This document shows, piece by piece, positions 8,647 to 18,772 of a stretch of 32,576 nucleotides of DNA (positions are counted from its first letter, which is position 1; every line of letters begins with the position of its first letter). The notes below the pieces were generated by a model. The model ran no database searches, was not told the origin of the DNA, and worked only from the letters and a program-made list of their open reading frames with translations. Origin of the DNA: Nemertoderma westbladi (taxonomy: Eukaryota > Animalia > Xenacoelomorpha); assembly GCA_032718475.1 (NCBI GenBank), contig JAUCBJ010002548.1:1-32576 (forward strand). Reading direction: 5' to 3'. A program made the position numbers and the translations under genes.

Positions 8647-11095
8647 TGTGACGGGATCCTGTGTTGGCCTCGGGATCCCAACCGTTCGTCTTTGTGGTCT
8701 ATTCGTACATGCTGACTGCTGGCTAATGGATAGGCTGAATGGCCTGGTCAAACCGAGTTTCTGGTGGTTAATATTAATGATCTATATAATAGTATTGGAC
8801 ATTTACTGTAGTACAGGTACTTGTAGTTATTGTGGTCTAGCACAGCGCAGCTGTGGAAAATATTCACCTAACTGCATAAATCAAATGAATTGCCAACTGG
8901 CTACATAATGAACATATGAGTTTATATAAGGTAGATAAATTATAGCCTCTTAGGCCTACACACATTATGGCCTTCAAGGTTGGGTAAAACGTTTCGCCGT
9001 ATCCGTATCCGTATGCATTTGCTGTATCCGTATGTACATACGCATATGTGCGTATGTAATGGATTCCTATGGAGAATAATCCGTATGTGAATTTAGAGAT
9101 TAGGCATTGCGGACCAGTAAGAAGTGCACAGCACACATGCAGACTGAAACCAGGTAGGCCTACATAAAGCTAAGTGATTTAAAGAGTGTGGCTATCGCTA
9201 CCTTATGTCAAATAAACAAAGCAGGACAGGTCCAGGATGAGGAACAGCCGGTGTCCGCCAGCCCCGGGATGCGCCAGCAGTGCAGTACCTATTATCCAGT
9301 TAACTCTTCTTGACGCCGCTTGGAAAACTAACCAACCGTGATTTATTTTTGAACTGTTTTCCACCAACCTGGCTATATAATTTTGTTGGTTGCGACATGG
9401 CACTAACATAGTATAGACTGATAGAAGCAGCAATGACAATGCTAAGGCAATAAACATTCGCACAGATATTGAAAACCGTCGTGCCAGTCTATCCTTCTTT
9501 GTGAATTTATTAACATATAATATACCTTTACTTTCGCTGTTTCGGGGCCAGTATTTAGTTAACCATAGCAGGACCTATGCAGCCAAGTGCCAACAAGACC
9601 AACCTTAGTGCCAGTTAGTCAAACCACGTGTCAGCGAGTGCAACCGGGTGCCAGTAATTAATCTAAGTCCAACCGGGTGTCCAGGTGTCAGTTAGTACAA
9701 TAAAACAAGCGCTGTGGCGCATCCCGGGGCTGAAGGACATCATCTGTCACTCATCCTGGACCTACAATGTTTATTTGCCATTAGTTGTTCCATTGTTCCC
9801 CCTGAGGTCTTTAAAATAGAAGGAAGAAACTAGAAACTAGAAAATAAAACTGGAAGGCACCGCAAGAACTTAAATGTGTAAATAAATCCTATAAGTGCAA
9901 TTAATGTAGGTAGGTAACCAATTAGTGCTATAGACAGATCCAAGAAAATATAATGTACCTACTATAGTCAAATATAACCACAATTACAATTAGCTACTGG
10001 GATTGGGGACTAATTGACTGAAACAGGAGAACGAGACAATGACGGAACTCACTTACATGATGTACTAAAAACATGCGTGAGACCCAACAGGAGCGTAGAG
10101 GGTGAGAATAAAACCGAAGTTGAGTATGAGGGGAATACGGGGGAGAGATGTGAGGATTAGTGAAAAGTGTGAGATCCAAGTGTGGGGAGCGAGTAGAGTG
10201 GAGGATGAGTCCTATGGGACTGGTGAGGTGAGAGGTGAAGTGAGGAAAATTAAGTGAGGAGAGAGGGCGATCTTCTAAATAGAGACGCCAGATGCCTTGG
10301 TACAACTTAGCTCGCAGGTGTGCCAAGGATGAGTAGTGAAAACAGACCCAGGGGGTAAGTCTGGAAAGCTGGCCCCAAGAAGAGAATTCCACCCACATCC
10401 AATACTAGATTGGATTCCAGCGGAATTGGAGCGCACTTGAGGTTGATGCTATCTTCTCACCGGGAAGATAGCATGGGGGGGAGTGTTAGCGGATCCAATT
10501 CGATGCACCACCCAGCGGAAAATGGGGAAAGTGGCGTTTTACCAATTATCCCCGGGTATGCGATATTAGCAATAATATGACATACCAACACATACGAATG
10601 ACAATATACATTGCCACCCAGAGAGAGAGTTAAAAGGCCACAAGCCAACTCAGGGATGAGCACGTGCACCGTGAACAGGAGAAAATAGGGATTGGCACCA
10701 GGAAATAGGAAAGTAGCCAATAGTGGGGCAGATAGCCACTTGATTGGTGTGCATCCGCCGGCTAGGCCGAAGTAGATAAAAGTGTATTGTGTGTAATTGC
10801 AATATATAACCATTACTATATTATTGTATCTCTCAGTTGGTTTGTACCGACGAGTGTAGAAGCAAGACAGTTTTTGACGTCGCTGACTGTGCTATTATTA
10901 TCTGATTGTGCTATTTACTGACATTCCGACATTATCAATGACTGCAGCTACAACATAAAACTCAGTTATTTATTCGGCCTTCGGCCTTTCAGAACTCAAA
11001 AGCCTTTCAGCAGCCAAGCAGAAGCAGCGACGCATACTACCCGAAACAATACACACCGGTCGGGATTCCCTCACCAACTCGGGGATCCCGTCACA
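8647..11095 (+). mobile_element. 2.45-kb LTR-like element (probable solo LTR) with TGTGACGGGATCC...GGATCCCGTCACA termini
   Basis: 13-bp perfect and about 38-bp imperfect terminal inverted repeat, TATATAA (10803) followed by a TCAGTT initiator (10833). No coding capacity, no PBS, no TSD. Confidence 0.7.
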
Positions 11096-11339
11096 CATTC
11101 GAAATTTGAATTTAAATGTGCTTGTAAACAGTGTCAACATAGAGAAACTAAAATACGTACAGATAATCTTGCAGAGTCAATACACTCGAGTAACCAAAAT
11201 GAGTTTTAGAACAACGTTAAAAAACACCGCAGTTCTACTGTCCCACTTTCGAGTAAGGTTGGGAATGCTGTTGGTGAAGTGAAATTTGTGACGCCTTTCA
11301 GGAGAAATTCTCTAACCTGTATAACTGAGTTAATGATGA

Positions 11340-11650
11340 CTTTGACAAGGAAGTAGAAGAAGCTTGTTTTAACGGTATCGGTTTTAATAAGGATATGATT
11401 ATATCTGAATTAGAAGTTGCTATAGCTGTAGCTATGTTATCAGCTGGTAGGATTGGTCCAGACAACCTAGCCAGTGAACATTATATCAATGGCACGGTTT
11501 GTCTGCTCCATCATCTAGCGGCTTTGTACAGTACTTTCAATGTTCATGGTTACATGAGCAATGAGTTCATGCGTTACAATATTCTCCCAATTGTGAAGGA
11601 AAAGAGCGATGATATCACCAATTTTGATAACTATAGAGGTATAGGCACCT
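11340..11650 (+). pseudogene. Decayed LINE RT-proximal fragment (different family from RTE copies 1-3)
   Basis: GPDNLASEHY...HGYM...ILPIVKEKSDDITNFDNYRGI, the standard pre-RT LINE motif. Confidence 0.7.
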
Positions 11651-11669
11651 CTCTCTGGAATACTCTAAG

Positions 11670-12679
11670 TTACTACTACTACTACTAGGATCGGCATGCT
11701 GCATTGCAGCTGCATTTTTAAGAATGCTGTGCCGGCTTGTCAACAAAATTGCACCGCCACAACTCCCTATCACCCATGACATTTGCTAGATCATCCGCAT
11801 CTTTAAGGCCAGTGTCCTTTAAGATGCGTCTCAAGAAAGTCATGGGCTGTCCACCATGCTTATTCACTCCATGAGGCTGCCAAAGTACAAGATTATGCAC
11901 TGGCTGGTCCTCACGGCGAAAGCAATGTCCTGCAAAGCGGAGGCGATTTTGTTCTAGTGTCAAGCTTGGGGGAACCAATGAGACACCTCCAATGTTATAT
12001 AGTGCCTGGTTGGAGATGTGTGCATTGTACTTGACACAATGAACCCGGCGTAGCATTCTTGTGAATGTGCCATCCAGAGATTTGGTGTCCTCAGCAGTTA
12101 GAGCCCAGCATGGACTCCCGTAGAGGAGTACTGGAACTACTGCTGCTCTAAATAATCGGACCTTAAGTTTCCGATTAATTCTCGGTGACTTCCAAATCAT
12201 GGAAAGCCTATTCAAGGCTGCCCATGCCTTTCCCTTACGTATTCGAAGGTCCTCACCTGACTTCCGGATCCATGATCCCAGGTAACAGAAGTCGTCCACA
12301 TGCTCAAGCATACCATCCTTTGAGCTTATGCTCATCCGATCAGAGACTTGCTGAGGACTTTCAAAGTTTACTGTCAGAATTTTGGTCTTAAGTTAATATG
12401 TAGTTAATAAAAAGACCAACACTAGAATCAGCATGTTCTAATGAGCTGAGGAGCCGTTGGGCTCCCTCTAATGATTCTGAGAGTACTCCTAAGTCATCAG
12501 CAAAGTCTAGATCAGTTAGGTACTTGGCAGGATTTCCTCGACTTTTGGAGCCAGTAGGTGGAGTTATCATCACCCCATCATCATTATAATGATCTAAGGA
12601 CATGCGTAGAACATAGCCGGATCCAAGATCCCAGGTAACAGAAGTCGTCCACATGCTCAAGCATACCATCCTTTGAGCT
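11670..12679 (-). mobile_element. RTE-clade LINE, copy 2 (rearranged)
   Basis: Near-identical to 6073-7005 in reverse, with (TAG)n tail at 11670-11687, a small replacement at about 12389-12401, and a duplication of 12264-12326 at 12617-12679. Confidence 0.92.
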
Positions 12680-12836
12680 CGGTCTGATGGTTTGACGGTC
12701 TGTACAATACTGTTACGAGGTGAGTTTATGTGTTGCAACAAAGACTGCTGCGCATCATGATGGAAATCATATGGAAATCCAAATAGTTTTCGAATTATAT
12801 TATTGTACTCACTGCAAAATTTGTTGTATATGACAC

Positions 12837-13197
12837 TTCATTGTGTCAAGTACAATGCACACATCTCCAACCAGACACTATATAACATTGGAGGTGTCTC
12901 ATTGGTTCCCCCAAGCTTGATACTAGTACAAAATCGCCTCCACTTTGCAGGAAATTGCTTTCGCCGTGAGGACCAGCCAGTGCATAATCTTGTACTTTGG
13001 CAGCCTCATGGAGTGAATAAACATGGTGGACAGCCCATGACTTTCTTGAGGACACTGGCCTTGAAGATGCGGATGATCTAGCAAATGTCATGGGTGATAG
13101 GGAGTTGTGGCGGTGCAATTTTGTTGACAAGCCGGCACAGCATTCTTAAAAATGCAGCTGCAATGCAGCATGCCGATCCTAGTAGTAGTAGTAGTAG
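12837..13197 (+). mobile_element. RTE-clade LINE, copy 3 (3' 360 bp)
   Basis: Matches 6638-7005 with a 13-bp deletion and a few substitutions; (TAG)n tail. Confidence 0.92.
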
Positions 13198-13659
13198 CGA
13201 AGAGCACCCACAAGGAAACCACAGAGTGATAGATGGACAGGTCTGCAGTGCATCCTTTCAGAGTACCACAGCTCTGCAAAATAATTAATAATAAAGTAAT
13301 TAATCTATATTCAACATAAGACAGTTATAAAGTATATCTGTTTTTTAACGAAGTGCAACTAATTTTTCATAAAGAATAGTAAAGCAATAAATATGATTAT
13401 TTTGTCTACTATTATTTAGATATATATATTATAGTCCACAATGTGTCCACAATACAATACCATAAGGCCATATTGGGAAAGTTGAAAAATTAAGAACAAA
13501 ATGTAATCAAAAATCGAACACTTACCTGGGACGCCACAGTAAACTGGACGGTCAGGGCCCTAAACCGATTAGGTTCTCTGTTCGCAGAACACCGAACACT
13601 ATTCCGGCCACGGAACTAGTCCAGCAGAATGCCTTTATAGAATCCTGGGATTTGGGGGA

Positions 13660-15535
13660 CGAGAGGATCTCAGCAACTAAGCGAAAACGAACAATAGGAT
13701 GTTCCTATACCCCCCCCCCCAAAATTTATCCAGAAGACTTTTCGCCATACATAATGTGTTAAAAAAGTCTACGGTTCTCCGGCTAGGGCCAATTTGAGTC
13801 AAAAAGTCCGCTTCCCTAGCAACCACGTTGCTATGGAGCTACAGCCAAAACGGCTAATGCTACGGAGTTGGGACCGGCGCCAATCGATAGGCAGCATATA
13901 GGTTTACATTCAAGGAGCTTTTTTTGGAGGTGTCAGATCATGATCTTGACCATGATCAGCAAAGATCAGTTTTGATCAGCAATCGGACACTCAAGGCTTG
14001 CTCCAATCGAAAAACTTAACATTACAAAAAGATTCAGCGACCCCACATTAGTCATGATTCCCGTTAAAAGATTTAAAAAAAAGTGAATTCTTCCTGGTCA
14101 AAACACAAGATCATGATCGCGCAAAGATCGGACTTCGTAAAATCGTAACTAAGCATTTTGGATATAAACAATTACTGTAGGAAACGTTCAGAACACCGCC
14201 CTGAGTCGATTAAAAAAAAATTGGCCCGATCGGACAACTGGTTCTCGAGATCTGATACCTGATCATTAAAGATCATATTTTTCGGTTTTTTCCAATTTTC
14301 TCGAAAACTTTGTTTGAGACCCCCGATTTTTTTTTTACGAATCGACTTCTATGGTGAAGGGGCACCTTTTGTGCATTTCGAAATTTTCAAAAAGCGATTT
14401 GATCAGGCCGCGATCAGAAAAGATCGTGTTTTCGGTTTTATTTCGACGACCAAGTCCTGGGAGTTTACTGTATGGAAAAACTTAACATCACAAAAAGATT
14501 CCTCACCCTCGAATTATGGGGGGTAGCCAAAATTTGGGCATAAAAAGTTCAAGTCTAGAGGGTCATAACTCAAGATCATGATCGCGAAAAGATCAGTATA
14601 TTTAAAATCGAATCTAAGCATTTTTCTAATAAACATTCATTGTAAGAAATGTTCAATGGTCTATTCTGAGTTGATTAAAAAAAATTTGGCTCAATCGGTC
14701 AACCGGTTCTCGAGATCAGCTTCCTGATCATAAAAGATCGCGTTTTTCGGTTTTTTCCAATTTTCTCGAAAACTTTGTTTGAGACCCCCGATTTTTTTTT
14801 TACTAATCGACTTCTATTAAGAAGGGGCAACTTTTGAGCATTTCGAAATTTTAAAAAGCGATTTGATCAGGCCATGATCAGGAAAGATCATGTTTTCGGT
14901 TTTATTTCGAAGACCAAGTCCTGTGAGTTCACCGTATGAAAAAAACTTAACATTACAAAAAGATTCCTCACCCTCGAATTAGGGGGGGTAGCCAAAATTT
15001 GACCATAAAAAAAGTTCAATTCTAGGGGGTCAAAAGATCATGATCTCGAAATGATCATTTTTTTCGAAACTACTTCTGAGCATTTTGGGGCAAAACTTTC
15101 AAACTAAAAAACATTCACTGGAGTGTTCTAAGTAGATTAAAAAAAATTTCGACTCAATAGGCCTACCGGTACCGGAGATATGGTCGTCAAAAGTCTGCTT
15201 CCGGTAATTCGAAAATATTTCGAAAACCCTTGATCGAATTTTTTCCTTGAAAATATGTGAATGTACAGTTAGTGGACCCGCATTTAACGATATATCACAA
15301 TCCATATTTCGGATGAAAGGTACCGGTGAAATCAGACTTTACCGAAAAAAATTCAAATTTTAGCTACTCATGTCTGACTATCTCGAAAACTATAATAGGT
15401 ATGGAAATACTTTCACTGCAAGAAATGTTCGCCTATCCAATGCGCTTCTAACTCTGTGCTCGGATTTTGCATAGTGTCAAAACCTACAACTTAACCCCCC
15501 CAGCGGAGGGAACGGAGTGACCGGAGCGCCAGTAC
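13660..15535 (+). mobile_element. Non-autonomous Helitron-like/DNA element with ~465-bp internal tandem repeats
   Basis: AAGATCATGATC units start at about 14108, 14572 and 15034, with a partial unit near 13950. GATC-rich. A GC-rich degenerate hairpin precedes CCAGTA at about 15530. Class and left boundary are inferred. Confidence 0.5.
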
Positions 15536-16190
15536 TATCTTTCATTATTATGAAGTAATAAGGGCGGTGGGTGGGGTATGTGGTGAACACTATTTATAGG
15601 GTGGAGGGAGGGTCTAGTATATTACTTTAGGATATTTGATTTCTTTGCAATATAGTTTAGCTGCCTCAGTCTTATTTGTAATATGTTATACATTATACCA
15701 AATTATATCAAGTTTTAACATCTACATTGTCTACCTGTAGGAGAAATATACAATGTAGGGCTCATAATATATTTATAAATAGATTTAGTAAATTTACATT
15801 GTATAACAGAGTTAATTGATACTATTACGGTATTATACTAAAGACGCCGCTTTGATATATCTGATCAAATGGCAATTTCTTGTATATTATCTATTTCACT
15901 ATCTTGGGTATATCATTCAATTTCTAAAACTATAATAATAAACATTTACTTCACTTCTTGTTTACTCGCATGGATATATTGATATAAAACACTTCAGTAT
16001 AATATCTTATAGGGCCAAACGCAGATTAATCGGAATAATATGTTTAATTATTATTACAATTGGCACATTGAAGTAAGTAGTACATGAGTTTGATAAAATA
16101 ATTATGAATCTGTATCTTATTCTACTTTGTCTATATGATTATGTTATATAATAATGTTACTTTATCACTTTGGTTTAAACCGATCTCCTT

Positions 16191-16255
16191 TACTATTACT
16201 TACTACTTATACTACTACTACTGCTACTATTACTAATACTACTACTGACTACTAC
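16191..16255. repeat. Degenerate (TAC)n microsatellite
   Basis: TACTACTACTGCTACTATTACTAATACTACTACTG... Confidence 0.8.
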
Positions 16256-16561
16256 AGAGTTATATATTATAAGAGGATGGGGTTCGTGATTATTAGTTAT
16301 TATACAAGTGCCCCTCGGCTATAGAGAGTCCACCCTCGGTTGCTTACTGGATTGACTCAATTTATATTCACTTTGGTTCCTCTTCCTATTAATTAAACAT
16401 TATAAGTACGTCCATTGATCATAAATTAATTTGAAGACTTTTTGAATAATCGTTTGTACCACGCACTTGAACAATGTTTCATAGAATACTTTTATGGCTA
16501 GTTTAATTAATCATAAGATTAACATTTAAAAATAAACATTAATAAACGTTTAATTTTGTAG

Positions 16562-16579
16562 GTGATGAAGACATATCAG
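16562..16579 (+). CDS. Candidate 18-nt phase 1-1 micro-exon (GDEDIS)
   Basis: taattttgtag|GTGATGAAGACATATCAG|gtatga; phase-compatible with the PAN exon. Confidence 0.45.
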
Positions 16580-18772
16580 GTATGAATATGATAAATATTT
16601 AATAATAATACTTCATCAATTATGGTACCGGTATGTAGACCAACCAATCCAGATTGGTATCTTTAGCACGATCAGTTGCATGCCAGCATCGAGCATGTGG
16701 TAACATACTGATTATAATGTGGCCTAAATTCACTAAAACCCATTTTATTCTATGTGAAGATTCCACTTAATTCTATGTGATTAATAAATCAATCAATCAA
16801 TTCAATTTTTAATTTAATTTTTTTTATTTAATATTTTTTTTAATTTAATTCAATTCAATCAATCAAGTTCCCATTGTTCTCGCAAAACTATAAAAACCAA
16901 ATAATTAAAAAAAAATAATGATGCTGAGTAATTAACTAAAGTCAGTAACCATGGTAAACATGGTAAACATTAAAAATTAAATTTTTTATGAATTTACTTT
17001 TTTTTTATTTTAATTTGGAATCAAAATAATGTCAGCTGAATGAGATGTTAACCCGTGAGGAATCTATTTTATACTGTCCTTTGTGTAATAACCCGTGTCC
17101 TTTGTGTAATAACCCGTGTCCTTTGTGTAATAACCCGTGTCCTTTATGTAATAACCCGTCTCCTTTGTGTAATAACCCGTGTCCTTTGTGTAATAACCCG
17201 TGTCATTTGTGTAATAACCCGTATCCTTTGTGTAATAACCCGTGTCCTTTGTGTAATAACCCGTGTCCTTTGTGTAATAACCAGTGTCCTTTGTGTAATA
17301 ACCCGTGTCCTTTGTGTAATAACCCGTGTCCTTTGTGTAATTACCCGTATCCTTTGTGTAATAACCCGTGTCCTTTGTGTAATAACACGTGTCCTTTGTG
17401 TAATAACCCGTGTCCTTTGTGTAATAACCCGTGTCCTTTGTGTAATAACCCGTGTCCTTTGTATAATAACCCGTGTCCTTTGTGTAATTACCCGTATCCT
17501 TTGTGTAATAACCCGTGTCCTTTGTGTAATAACACGTGTCCTTTGTGTAATAACCCGTGTCCTTTGTGTAATAACCCGTGTCCTTTGTGTAATAACCCGT
17601 GTCCTTTGTATAATAACCCGTGTCCTTTGTGTAATAACCCGTGTCCTTTGTGTAATAACCCTTGTCCTTTGTGTAATAACCCGTGTCCTTTGTGTAATAA
17701 CCCGTGTCCTTTGTGTAATAACCCGTATCCTTTGTGTAATAACCCGTGTCCTTTGTGTACTAACCCGTGTCCTTTGTGCAATAACCCGTGTCCTTTGTGT
17801 AATAACCCGTGTCCTTTGTGTAATAACCCGTGTCCTTTGTGTAATAACCCGTATCCTTTGTGTAATAACCCGTGTCCTTTGTGTAATAACCCGTGTCCTT
17901 TGTGTAATAACCCGTGTCCTTTGTGTAATAACCCGTGTCCTTTGTGTAATAACCCGTTTCCTTGTACAATAACCCGTGTCCTTTGTGTAATTACCCGTAT
18001 CCTTTGTGTAATAACCCGTATCCTTTGTGTAATAACCCGTATCCTTTGTGTAATAACCCGTATCCTTTGTGTAATAACCCGTATCCTTTGTGTAATAACC
18101 CGTATCCTTTGTGTAATAACCCGTGTCCTTTGTGTAATAACCCGTATCCTTTGTGTAATAACCCGTGTCCTTTGTGTAATAACCCGTGTCCTTTGTGTAA
18201 TAACCCGTGTCCTTTGTGTAATAACCCGTGTCCTTTGTGTAATAACCCGTTTCCTTGTACAATAACCCGTGTCCTTTGTGTAATAACCCGTGCCCTTTGT
18301 GTAACAACCCGTGTCCTTGTACAATAACCCGTGTCCTTTGTGTAATAACCCGTGTCCTTTGTGTAATAACCCGTGTCCTTTGTGTAATAACCCGTGTCCT
18401 TTGTGTAATAACCCGTGTCCTTTGTGTAATAACCCGTATCCTTTGTGTAATAACCCGTGTCCTTTGTGTAATACCCCGTGTCCTTTGAGTAATAACCCGT
18501 GTCTTTTGTGTAATAACCCGTGTCCTTTGTGTAATAACCCGTGTCCTTTGTGTAATAACCCGTGTCCTTTGTGTAATAACCCTTGTCCTTTATGTAATAA
18601 CCCGTGTCCTTTGTGTAATAACCCGTGTCCTTTGTGTAATAACCCGTGTCCTTTGTGTAATAACCCGTGTCCTTGTACAATAACCCGTATCCTTTGTGTT
18701 ATAACCCGTGTCCTTTGTGTAATAACCCGTGTCCTTTGTGTAATAACCCGTGTCCTTTGTGTAATAACCCGT

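Noticed and set aside
8624-10813. Small ORFs inside the LTR-like element
   Set aside because: No domain motifs and mostly non-ATG starts; composition is typical of non-coding LTR sequence.
13520-13528. Perfect minus-strand splice donor CAG|GTAAGT
   Set aside because: No convincing upstream exon or coding signal; single consensus sites are expected by chance or within repeats.
16256-16490. Possible old minus-strand LINE 3' end attached to the (TAC)n tract
   Set aside because: Too degenerate to support by eye and no match to the RTE 3' UTR; needs a Dfam/RepeatMasker search.
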